From contig JBEUKZ010000085.1 of the NCBI GenBank assembly GCA_048128005.1, positions 124,001 to 188,000 of the forward strand: a stretch of DNA of 64,000 nt. The letters run 5' to 3'. The notes under the pieces were generated by a model. It was not told where the DNA came from and searched no databases. It was given only the letters and a program-made list of their open reading frames with translations. The stretch is from Veleropilina oligotropha. Its lineage: Eukaryota. This document shows positions 13,399 to 23,905 of the stretch, piece after piece; the stretch's first letter is position 1, and each line of letters opens with the position of its first letter. The position numbers and the translations under genes were made by a program.

Positions 13399-14270
13399 TC
13401 GGTCAGTCTGTCCGGACGTGCTTGCAGTCTAGTTAAAAATAGACGATTAATAAGTTACTTTAAAACAGTTTCTTTCGCACAATATTGTGCCGTTCATAAT
13501 TTATTATGATCTGAAGAAGCATTGTAACTGTGTGTTGAGTATTCAGGTCGAATTATCAATTCTTAAAAGTTGTGTGATTCTGGCCACGAGTTTTTCGGCC
13601 CGCCATCTTGGATATTACAAAGTGAAAATCTAAAGAGGGCCGCTCAGGAGGGAAGGTTCTTCAAGCGGGAAAGCTTCGCATAGGCGAATCCTTTCAAAGG
13701 AAGAAGTGTTTTGTTGCTAATATTGCTTGAAATTACCATGTAATTCATATATATATTAGATAATTCCTTAGCGGCATATCTTGCTTAAATTCTTAGTAAC
13801 TTTGTTCAATCGAATTTAGCGTCGCTAACAAGGCAGATATTTAGGTATTAACGTGCGTTATTTAGCCTATCTGCCGAATCTGGGATATTTCGCCAAAGCT
13901 CTAACCTATTGAAATCAACATCCACGAGGTTTTCAGGTGTTTAAAGGCGGCTGTTTCTATATATAGCCTCCTACTATCTATATATATCCGCCTGCATTCA
14001 ATTTGTTAGTGTCCGACAAGCCGTTTTAATAAAGCTTATACGTCGGGCTTGGTTTATATTCTAGTCGGGTTACTTGTCTGTACTTCGGTTGCTACGCAAT
14101 CCGAAGTGTGATTCATAACAATTTAGGGTTGATATCCGGTCTTTTCCTATATACTTCGGATTAGAGACCCCTATATAAGGTGTAGTAGTTAAACAACACG
14201 TGAAGCGTACTACCCGGATATCCCTTAATTTCCCGGTTTCCCACTACCTTTCCTACCCGTGTAATCAGCC

Positions 14271-16520
14271 ATGGTCCGTTGCAGTGAGCCTGAGTGTAAC
14301 CAAAAGATACACAGCTTCGACAAGCATTCGGTATGTCGCATACACCGTAGTTGTGCTAAGAGATACCCTTGTGCTAAATGTCTAATTTTAACGGATCGGC
14401 AGTGGGCACTTATTTACCCACCAGAGAAGGCTACCAAGGAGTCCGTCTCTGTTGGGCTCCCCCCGGAGGAACAGACGACGGGTAAGTCAGGGATAATTTC
14501 TGATTCGTCTGTTTCAGGGACGCGAAGCGACCAGCGAACTGGGGCATCGCAGGTTGCAGGACCCGCCGACGAAACCGCTACGGTTTTGGGGAAAACCGTG
14601 GGAACCTCGCCGGCGTCCCAGGTTCAAGACCAGGTAAGAGGAGCCCGAGTGCAGTCCGTTTCTCCTCGAACCCCGGGCCTAGTAGCTGCGTCCAACAGTA
14701 CCTTGCCGGCTAGCAAGGTACACCGGACCTTACAGCGAACAGCTGAGCAGGGCAGGCTGTCCCCTTCCTCTCTTCCGGCCTCGGAAGAGCAGGGGACGGC
14801 TAGTCCTTCTGTCACAAGCTGTATGTCGAGTGGCATACAGCCGACGGCAGAGCAAGTTGGAATAGTTGCCGGACACCACCAAAGTGGTTTAAGATCCGGA
14901 CCACCAACGACACCCGACTCACTGGCCGATGGTGCGACCGACCCTCCCCAGGGTTCGTCCTTACACCTCGGAGCTCCCAGTCTTGTCGGAGGGCCCGCCG
15001 ACTCCCCTGTCCCCCTTGGGTACAGACTAGTTGGCGCGGACGGACCGGCTGCGTTCGGGATGGGTATGTACGCGGGAGCTTCCCCCGTCTACCCACTGAA
15101 CAGAGCGGCGACCTCCACGGGACTGTGGCCGCAGTCTTTCGGAGGTCGAGCTCCGGTTAACACGCCTTTTGGCCCGTTCTCCGGGAGTAACCGCTCGTCA
15201 GGCGATGCGAGACCCTGGTACTCGTATCAATCTGGCCCAGCAGCCCGTCTACCATGTGCCACGATGTCCTCGAGCGATCCAATGGCTGTTGGATCGACGC
15301 CCGTCTTGCCTGTTGGTCTCTCTATGGACAGCGTCCAGGCGATGATTGCGGCGGAATTCGAGACCCGCAGTAGGGCCTGGCTTCCGGCTGTTCAGCCGCC
15401 CCAGGTCTCTGCTCCTCTGCTCGTGGCCCAGAGCACGGCTCCTGCCTCGGTGATGGAGGTCGACCCTCGTTCCGACGAGGACGTCCCCTCCGATCGCTCC
15501 GATCTTCTTGAATCGGTCGGTCCCGATGACTCTCGTAGTCAATCAGGCTTGCAGGAGCCGATCTCCGCCACCCGCCGAAGATACGACGCAGTCGCGTCGC
15601 TTCGCGGGGTGTTAGATCTACCCGACCCGGCCCGGCCGGTAGGTACGATCAAACACAGGACGGCAGCACACCGTTTTGCTGAGTCTGAGGCTCCCCAGCT
15701 TCCCGTACTCCCCCAGTCTGGCTTGGTGGATCTGGTCCTGGATCAGACCACCCGGGCCATTCAGGGAGGCAAGACAGTGGAGACGTCTTCTCTCACGGAG
15801 TTCCCTCGGGGCCTCCGTAGAGGAAGATACCTCCGGCCCAGTACGCGATCTTTGCCGATCGCCCTTTCTGAGCCGTGCCTGGTGGCTGAGCCAGCACAGA
15901 TTGACGTAGCGATGCGTCGTCTGTCTGCCAGTCAAGCTCCCTCGGTAGCGAAGGTACCATGGGCCGCCATGGATGCCTTCGAGAGCTCTGCCCGACGAGC
16001 TCTGCGGCTGTCGTCTGTACAGGACTCTTTCCTGGACGGTGCGATAGCCGTTCTACAGGAGGACGGACCCGGCGCTCGCGAGACCGCCCTGTCTTTCCTC
16101 CACGAGGTTGCTGCCACCACGGAGAACAACGCGTTGGAGTCCGCGCGTGTCTTAGGCAATGCGCTCCTACTTCGTAGGGACGCCTGCCTCGAGGGCACAT
16201 CGTTAGATGACGCCACCCGGCGTTCTCTGCGATGTGTGCCCTTGTCGGCCCCGACTCTCTTCGGAGGCGAGTTCACCGAATTCGTCGACAAGAGAGCCGT
16301 CGAGCTGAAAGATCGTGCGATTGAGCGCGCAGTATTGACTACCCCTCGGGGTACTCAACCTGCCCCCTCAAGGAAACGCTCGGCCCCGCCTCGGGGCGCG
16401 AAGCCTTCCAAGCGTGCCAGACCTTCTCGGGGTGGGCCTCCGGCCCGGAAATCCAGCGAGAAGAAGGGCCCTCCAACTAAATCCCGTCAGAGCGGGAGAG
16501 GGAAGCCGTCACGGCCCTAG
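14271..16520 (+). CDS. DIRS ORF1 (Gag-like), 749 aa, intact
   Basis: N-terminal Cys/His cluster (CSEPEC...DKHSVCRIHRSC...CAKC), low-complexity middle, helical domain ending LLRRDA...LRCVPL..PTLFG (LAP2alpha-like region of DIRS gags), basic tail. Confidence 0.85.
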   Translation: MVRCSEPECNQKIHSFDKHSVCRIHRSCAKRYPCAKCLILTDRQWALIYPPEKATKESVSVGLPPEEQTTGKSGIISDSSVSGTRSDQRTGASQVAGPADETATVLGKTVGTSPASQVQDQVRGARVQSVSPRTPGLVAASNSTLPASKVHRTLQRTAEQGRLSPSSLPASEEQGTASPSVTSCMSSGIQPTAEQVGIVAGHHQSGLRSGPPTTPDSLADGATDPPQGSSLHLGAPSLVGGPADSPVPLGYRLVGADGPAAFGMGMYAGASPVYPLNRAATSTGLWPQSFGGRAPVNTPFGPFSGSNRSSGDARPWYSYQSGPAARLPCATMSSSDPMAVGSTPVLPVGLSMDSVQAMIAAEFETRSRAWLPAVQPPQVSAPLLVAQSTAPASVMEVDPRSDEDVPSDRSDLLESVGPDDSRSQSGLQEPISATRRRYDAVASLRGVLDLPDPARPVGTIKHRTAAHRFAESEAPQLPVLPQSGLVDLVLDQTTRAIQGGKTVETSSLTEFPRGLRRGRYLRPSTRSLPIALSEPCLVAEPAQIDVAMRRLSASQAPSVAKVPWAAMDAFESSARRALRLSSVQDSFLDGAIAVLQEDGPGARETALSFLHEVAATTENNALESARVLGNALLLRRDACLEGTSLDDATRRSLRCVPLSAPTLFGGEFTEFVDKRAVELKDRAIERAVLTTPRGTQPAPSRKRSAPPRGAKPSKRARPSRGGPPARKSSEKKGPPTKSRQSGRGKPSRP

Positions 16521-18592
16521 GGTTGCCGGCACTCGCGACGTGCTCAGCTGCGAGCTTCCGCCGGTGGGAGCGTGCCTGTTAGGCTACAGCCAGACGTGGC
16601 TAGAGCTGACAGACAGCAGCTGGGTCCACTCAGTCGTGAGTGCTGGATACAAGTTGGCGTTCAACCGGCATCCAACCCTATCCGTGACACCACCACCAAG
16701 ACACGCTCGCCTCCTTCACGGAGAGAAGCAAGCGGTCTTAGACCAGGCAGTGCGGGACTTACTCCTGAAAGGAGCCATCTATCCCGCGCCGCCCAGCACA
16801 CCAGGATTTTACAGCCATTTCTTCCTGGTCCCGAAACCCGATGGCCGCTGGAGACCGATCCTCGATCTCTCGCACCTCAACCGCTATTTGCGTACCGAGA
16901 AGTTCCAGCAAGAAACACTCTCGAAGATACGAGCGGCCATCCGTCCGGGCGACTGGGCAGCGTCTATCGACCTGACAGATGCGTACTTACACGTTCCGAT
17001 GCATGTCTCGGCTCATCAGTACCTCAGGTTTATACACGGGGAGACGATCTACCAATTCAGGTGTCTACCGTTCGGTCTATCGTCAGCCCCCTACGTCTTC
17101 ACGCGGGTAGTACAGGCTCTCGGGGCCTTCCCACACTCGCTAGGGCACAGAGTACACATGTACCTCGACGACTGGTTGATTCTCGGGGCGTCCCGGGATC
17201 AGTGCCTCCAGTCTATGAGCGTTACCCTGTCATCGGCGAAGCGCCTAGGATTACAGATCAACAACGAGAAATCCTGCTTCGTGCCCTCGACGACGTTTAC
17301 GTTCCTCGGGGTCGTCTTCGACACGGTCCGGTACACCGCGAAGCCGACCGAGAAACGTATCGTGAACCTACGCGCAGTTATCCAGGACACAAGGTCATCG
17401 GGGATAGCCACGGCGTGACAACTGGCCACTGTCCTGGGGCACATCGAGTCGGTAGCGCCCCTGCTACCGACAGGACGAATGGACAAACGACCGTTACAGC
17501 AGGCCTTCAGGGACCGCTGGGTGCAACGGACGGGACAGTGGACGGATCGTATAGATCTTCGGCATTGGTTCAATCACTCGACAGCAGTGTGGCTGAACCC
17601 TGCATTGCCGAGCCAGTCGGTTCCCATTTCCCCGCCAGAACCGAATGCCTTCCTATACACGGACGCTTCGAACGAGGGCTGGGGAGGTCACCTCGACAGT
17701 TACGAGACATCGGGCCTTTGACCGACGGACCTGCAGGGACGACACATAAACTATCTAGAACTAGAAGCGGTCTACCTGACAGTACGGTCCCTCTCGTCAC
17801 ATCTCCGCAACAAGCAAATATTGCTGGCCACGGACAACACAACTGTCGTTGCATACGTTCAACACCAGGGCGGCACTCGCTCGCATCCCCTGTGCGACCG
17901 AGCTATCGACCTACACCGCCTAGTGATGTCCCTCAACTCGACGATACGAGCACGACACATCCCGGGAATATTGAACGTCCGAGCGGACTCGCTCTCCGGA
18001 AATCGCAGATAATACACACAGAGTGGACGCTACACAGCCAGGTAGCTCGGGAAATTTGTCGCCGGTGGTCACAACCCCAAGTCGATCTGTTTGCAACAGA
18101 GTTCAATCACCGACTCCCTCTATGTCTCCCCGTACCCGGACCCGGCCGCCCTAGCGGTCGACGCGCTGTCAATGCCATGGGAGAATCTGATCGCGTACGC
18201 CTTTCCCCCCGTCGTCCATATTACGACTTGTACTACAGAAGGCAGCGCGAGACCGCTGCGAGATAACGCTAATAGCGCCTCTAAATCGCACGCAGTCTTG
18301 GTTTCCGACTCTTCTCGATCTAATCGTCGATCGACCGCTTGCGCTACCACAAAGGCCGGACCTGCTAATGCAACCGCGCTCACGGGTGTTACACCCGTCG
18401 TCGAACGAACTTCGTTTACACGCATGGCGGTTATCGAACGATCGCTTGTTGAGAAAGGATTTTCTCGCGCAACAGCCCTCCGCATTTACCGATCGCGAAG
18501 ACAATCTACATCTAAAGTCTATGACTACCGATGGTCAAAATATGTGGATTGGTGTCACAGGCGGGAAGTCAATATACTCCGTCCCCCTGTGA
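16339..18592 (+). pseudogene. DIRS pol: RT + RNase H + adenine-methyltransferase-like domain, disrupted
   Basis: RT motifs FLVPKPDGRWRPILDL, DLTDAYLH, LPFGLSSAP, YLDD; RH motifs TDAS..GWG, HINYLELEAV, TDN, HIPGILNVRADSLS; MT motifs VDLFA, YAFPP, LHAWRLS. In-frame TGA at 17416 and 17719; frameshifts near 17997, 18120 and 18210. Confidence 0.92.
16521..18210 (+). CDS. Overlapping open frame (pol +2), in frame with gag and, after frameshift correction, with YR
   Basis: Open from the codon after the gag TAG; no ATG for ~490 codons; stays open in the compensating frame across each pol frameshift. Confidence 0.6.
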
Positions 18593-19506
18593 ACAAATTT
18601 ATCGAGTTCATTACGTCGTTATTCGAACGAGGACTTTCTGTCTCGGCCGTCAAAGGTTATCGGGCCTCGATCTCGACTACGCTCAAGCAATGTCGTTCCC
18701 GAATTGACTTATCGTCAGACCGTACTATTTCTGATTTAATCAGGTCCTACGAACTCGAAAGACCGATTTGCATGGCGCGGCCGACTGCCTGGAATATCAT
18801 CCTTATCCTTAATGCTCTGCTAGAAAGCCCGTTTGAGCCGTTACGTAATGCTTCCATACGTAACCTTACCTACAAAACCGTATTTCTAATTGCGTTTGCG
18901 TCGGGCAAAAGGGTTTCTGAGATACACAGCTTCTCAGCAGAGCTCCGAGATATTAGATTCCAGTCTGACGGATCGGTCATTTTACGCCCTATATTGGGAT
19001 TTATTGCTAAAAACCAGCGGCCAAGCGATATTGCTCCGGAGGTCGTGATACCTACGCTTTCTATTGTCGGTAGAAACGATATCGACCGCCTTAACTGCCC
19101 GGTGCGCGCGCTTCGGTATTATCTGGACCGTACACGTGATTTTCGACGAGGCAAAAAACGCTTGTTTATTTCGTACTTGCCCAATTTCACCCGCGATGTA
19201 TCAAAGAATACTATCTGGAGATGGATTTGTCGAACGGTTCAGCAGATATACTCAAGTTCCAACGAAGCTGACCGCAACCTAATTGCTGTCCGTGCCCATG
19301 AAACAAGAGCGATATCGACGAGTCTGGCATTTAGACATTGTCTGAATATTACCTCCCTGCTACAGGCAGGGTATTGGAGAAACCCGAATGTGTTTGTAAA
19401 ACACTATTTACGCGATTTCTCGACTGGTGCGGATGGTTTGTCAAGTGTTCAATGTGTTGCTGCGCAACAATGCATTACCAGGACATCCATGTCAAATACA
19501 CAGTGA
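18211..19506 (+). CDS. DIRS tyrosine recombinase (first ATG after the last frameshift at 18424)
   Basis: Catalytic motifs ASGKRVSEI (R), AHETR (HxxR), AGYW, FVKHYLRD (Y); also CPVRALRYYL. Confidence 0.93.
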   Translation, partial: VVHITTCTTEGSARPLRDNANSASKSHAVLVSDSSRSNRRSTACATTKAGPANATALTGVTPVVERTSFTRMAVIERSLVEKGFSRATALRIYRSRRQSTSKVYDYRWSKYVDWCHRREVNILRPPVNKFIEFITSLFERGLSVSAVKGYRASISTTLKQCRSRIDLSSDRTISDLIRSYELERPICMARPTAWNIILILNALLESPFEPLRNASIRNLTYKTVFLIAFASGKRVSEIHSFSAELRDIRFQSDGSVILRPILGFIAKNQRPSDIAPEVVIPTLSIVGRNDIDRLNCPVRALRYYLDRTRDFRRGKKRLFISYLPNFTRDVSKNTIWRWICRTVQQIYSSSNEADRNLIAVRAHETRAISTSLAFRHCLNITSLLQAGYWRNPNVFVKHYLRDFSTGADGLSSVQCVAAQQCITRTSMSNTQ

Positions 19507-20311
19507 CAGGTATTGTAAATACTTAATTGGTAATTATACAGTCACTCCGCATTTTTGTGCAACTCTATTGTGTAGCTTGCTAACAATTAGTGTTGTTTTC
19601 ATTGTGTTGTCTGCAGTCCAATATTTCTATTTATGGACTGAGAATAAATTGTCAGATCTGAGTTCACATGACACATGCCACTCACATTGAAATTAGACAT
19701 TTATAATGCTAAATCTTAAAAGGGTTTTAGATTTTGATATTATTGAAGCTCATTTGCTGTTATGAGCTTACGGTGTTGCGACATTGGAAAATTTAATATC
19801 ATTCAATCTTTAAAATTTTCTTTAAGTAACATGGGGACATGTTTGCATTTCGCTATTTGGTCAAGCGAAGTTATTATCAATATGGAATATAATATGTACG
19901 TGTATATATTACTTACATCTATTAATAATTGCATAACTAGTTACATTCACAACCTTTCAGGTACTGTATGTTTGTCGCAAGTTGACTGCATCTTTTGGTT
20001 ACCGGCCTCGACGCCCAGGGTTTACTAAAAGCTGCTTCGGTCCATGACATCTAAGTCCTACAGGATTTATCGTCCGGCCTTGCCTGGGGCTGATTGCACT
20101 TTCGCGTCACCTTGTCCGACTAACACCTCTGGCGTTTTTTCCAAGGTTCATTGGTCAAAATTCAGTCTGGGTAAGGGTAGAATTGTAATACTCAGTAATT
20201 CCATCCTGAGCGGACGCGAGTCGGCGCTACTAGCTGTCTCCATGGTGACAAGTAAGTAACTTGTTTGGGTATTAATTTCGTTAGAACTTAGCCCACCGTC
20301 CAAAGTTATTC

Positions 20312-20400
20312 TGGCATTGGTAATGACGTAGAGTATATTGCTACTAATAAGAGGTTTTTAGGTAAACCTAGTATTAGTTAGAATATACTTACGTCATTAC
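20312..20400 (+). repeat. DIRS internal complementary region (ICR)
   Basis: 20312-20349 is the reverse complement of 13194-13231; 20350-20400 is the reverse complement of 20653-20703. Confidence 0.95.
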
Positions 20401-20475
20401 ACGTCTACCCACCCTGCTCATGGCATTCGCTTCCAACCCCTCTTGCTAAGTTCCTCTATGCACTGTAGATTCCTC

Positions 20476-20703
20476 TGACTTAAAAATGATACCAGATCTG
20501 TCTTGGTCTCTGAGGTCTCGCGAGACTTGGGCAGATCTCGTGAGAGGAACGCGAGAGAGGTGAGCAGGGGGGGTAAGCGTGTAAATTTAAAAGAAAGTGA
20601 AACGCTTTTTCACAGTTTCCGGTTTAGCGATAATATGGCTATTATGGCATTGGTAATGACGTAAGTATATTCTAACTAATACTAGGTTTACCTAAAAACC
20701 TCT
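20476..20703 (-). repeat. DIRS right ITR with unique 3' extension
   Basis: Inverted copy of the left ITR plus the extension ctaggtttacctaaaaacctct. Confidence 0.95.
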
Positions 20704-21920
20704 TTTCTGCGACAACCTCAATTCCATGACTACATTTTGTGACATGTCGTAGAAAATTTAAAGCAAGTTAGTGTCACAATGTTGAGATCCAGAGGAATTG
20801 AAAAAATCGATCATAATTTGTTTCAGCATTGATCAATATAATAATAGTAGGGTGTCGATGCTTTACAAATATCCTTTTTTATGAGATGTACTAGTATTCA
20901 ATGTAGATATATGCTTTAGTTAAATAACTTACTTGTGTTACTGTATAAATTCAGGAGAGGTCTACAATCGATAGACCTTTTGTTTACTTGAGGTGATCAA
21001 ATAAGCTTTAACAATAACAGTGTAATGCCTAAACTAAAAGTTGAATTTTGACTATTTTGGCGACTTTATAATGACCCAATTGAGATTAAATTTAATCAAG
21101 TGATCTAGGGGTGATTTCCCAATTTTTCTGAAACCTTTGTGTCGTTCTGACTAGAAATTTTTCTATTAAACTGCTAACAGACAACGAAATTGGCTGACAA
21201 TAATGCACTCGCTCTGCATTCAGTTCGTAGTTGCAGGTGGTAATAAAACACCATGAAATCACGTTTACACAATGAAATCCTAAACGTGAAGTTGACGAAG
21301 CACAAATTTCTAAGGGAAATTAGGTACAGACTGATAAGATCATAGTCGCGTAACTCCAGCATCACTAAAGTGTACAGAGACTATGATTGTGCCAGTGCCA
21401 GAGATCAGTCATCACACATGTGATTTGTCAAAAATCTGATGAGCCTTAAGCCCTATATAGAAGTTTTCCTGTTTGTAAATATCTTTGGTATGAATGATAC
21501 TGTTCCTAAATGTAGAAATCCAAAGTTCCTGGTCCAATTGTTACCCAATTTAGTCCCATTTTGCAGCATGTAGTGAGCATGTCGTCTGTCCTTGTGACCG
21601 GTGTCAACAATTGGTTCTGGTTGTTAAATTTTTTGGTTGAAGTTCACAATCATGTTATATATATATATATATATATTCAACAATAGGCATGTTTTAGCAT
21701 TGTTGCATGTTAGGACCCACTTTAGTAATATTGTAACTAATGTATTTCAAATTTTATCATAACATGCTCGACTTAGAGATATATATTGCGCTTTTCCACA
21801 TAAGAATGCATGCCCAAGTTGCAACGTGCTTACATCATTATTGTTCCCTGGTTGTTCATTCGATATTCCATTTCAACTCTCTCTGAGAGTATTACAGTCA
21901 AGTACATGCTTGTTGGGCAC

Positions 21921-22180
21921 GGCTGCTTCGGTAGCGCAGTGGGTAGAGTGTCCACTCTAAATTCACTGGCTTGTTTCCGCTGACGCGTACAGTAGTGGGA
22001 TCGACCCCCGGCTGAGGCAGCACACATTTGTTCAAGTTATGAAGCACAGTTGTCCGTGACTGGCCGAAGAGGGCGGGTTTACCCGGGCGACCGGGGTTTC
22101 CTCCCGCGATAACACGGACATGTCCTGCCTTGAACCTCGATGTTGTAAATATACAGGACATTAAGCATAATTCCTCCTCC
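21921..22180 (+). mobile_element. SINE family 1, full length
   Basis: Near-identical to the 35253-35519 copy; TSD ttgttgggcac (21910-21920, 22181-22191). Confidence 0.88.
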
Positions 22181-22649
22181 TTGTTGGGCACAAAAAGTTG
22201 CTACACAAAATTACTAAAAATGGCCTCTACAATATTATTTATACACAAAATATTTTTTTTGGAGATAGACACTGAAATATCACTTGTACCAATACAACCT
22301 TCACTTTGTGAGAACTGATGAAATCAAAGCCTCATAAAAATATTAGCCACACAACCCTTTCTTTATTGGTCGGAGCGGGTATCCCTGGGCGACCTGGCTT
22401 TTCTACCACGATAATACGGACATGACCTGCTTTGAACCTGACGGGTGTAAATATACAGGACATCAAGCGTTGACCCTTTCCTTTCTTTCGTTTGTCACAG
22501 AAATCTTGAATTAAAAGTGATTGAAATGTTGTCTCGTGCATGCAAATCATTTCGAGCTTTGCTTCATTAAGAAATCAATCAAATTTCCTCTTTTCACAGA
22601 CGCGACATTTACGAATCTGTAACACTTGACAATTTGTCTTTTCTTTCAG

Positions 22650-22738
22650 ATTTCGTTTAAACTTTTGAAGTTCTGCCTGTTCATTCACTTGGAGACTGGA
22701 CATCGTTGGAATATAATTTTAAATATGAATAGTTCCAG
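22650..22738 (+). other. Candidate 5'-UTR exon of the zinc-finger gene
   Basis: Strong acceptor tcttttctttcag| and donor CAG|gtaagc; same strand, 4.5 kb upstream of the large exon. Confidence 0.45.
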
Positions 22739-22749
22739 GTAAGCACATT

Positions 22750-23315
22750 AATTGTATCCCTCGAAACGAAAGTGTTGGGGATACTATGGTTTAGCATCCG
22801 TTACGCCGCATCCGCAGAGAGTTTCCTCGTGATCGCTCTAGACAAGCCGTTTCTTAACGGAATGTATTCAAATTTGGTATGTGCATTGGTTGGGGCGAGG
22901 ACACTACACCTAGAGAATTTGGGTGTGGTCCAACCTCCAAGATGGCCGCTGTGGCCGCCATGGATTTTAAGCATAATTTCTCGTGATCGCTCTAGACAAG
23001 CCGTTTCTTAACGGAATGTATTCAAATTTGGTATACATGTGCATTGGTTGGGGCGAGGACACTACAACTATAGAATTTGGGTATGGTCCGACCTCCAAGA
23101 TGGTCGCTGTGGCCTCCATCTTGGATTTTAAGCATAATTCTTTGTGATCGCTCTAGACAGGCTGTTTCTTTACGGAATCTTTTCAAATTTGGTATGTGCA
23201 TTGGTTGGGGCGAGGACACGGCACCTATAGAATTTGGGTATGGTCCGACCTCCAAGATGACCGCTGTGGCATCCATCTTGGATTTTAAGCATGATTCTTT
23301 GTGATCGCTCTAGTT
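22750..23315 (+). mobile_element. Helentron-associated (HINE-like) element with ~157-bp tandem core x3
   Basis: Terminal hairpin gtatccc...gggatac; gtgatcgctctag recurs at 22829, 22983, 23144 and 23301. Confidence 0.6.
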
Positions 23316-23356
23316 TTATTAGACAAGCGCATTTACCTTCTTTTTATATGTTTTAA

Positions 23357-23905
23357 CTCTTTCATCACTGAGTATTCCAGGGAACAATAGTCGTACACAC
23401 TGAATATGCTGGCTGAATTCCAGACATATTTCTCATATATCTTATGTTATATCAACATTTTCCATTGAATAACTTTATAAAAAACTATATATTTTTATGA
23501 TCGGGATATAATGGGGATCTTTATAAGTATATTTAGCTGAAATGTTTTACTCACTATTAATTACAGATGAGATAAGATAGATATATATATAATTATATAT
23601 GAAATAATGACATCATTTATATGATTTAGGTATTTGTTACTTGGCCACTTGCATAAGTGATTATTGTATGAATACAAATTAAATAAAACATTGAATAACA
23701 TAACAGTAACTTTCAAAATGAATTTTATGTCATTATTATTATTAGTTGCATTGAAAATACAGATGAAATGTGAGTCTCTTGTAGCCAGAATAAAGTAAAA
23801 ATAAGACGATAACATTGTTTAACGTCATAGCCCGCTATAGCGGGCTGCTGTGGTGAAAGGTGACGTCATTTTCTGCCCGCTATAGCGGGCTGCCGAGATG
23901 AAGGG
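23357..23905. mobile_element. piggyBac-like MITE
   Basis: TTAA on both sides; imperfect TIR ctctttcatc / gatgaaggg; two gcccgctatagcgggc palindromes near the right end. Confidence 0.5.

Larger units (their letters stand above)
13194..20703 (+). mobile_element. DIRS1-like tyrosine-recombinase retrotransposon, structurally full length
   Basis: ITRs, ICR complementary to both termini, gag, RT/RNaseH/MT and YR coding regions, no TSD. Confidence 0.97.

Noticed and set aside
16572..18266. The 564-aa ORF as a stand-alone gene
   Set aside because: It is a frameshift chimera of the overlap frame and part of the MT domain, and has no ATG start.
16414..19506. RT + integrase + methylase as a prokaryotic retron, DGR or phage contaminant
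   Set aside because: The ITR/ICR structure and motif set are those of DIRS1 retrotransposons, and the flanks are ordinary animal repeats.
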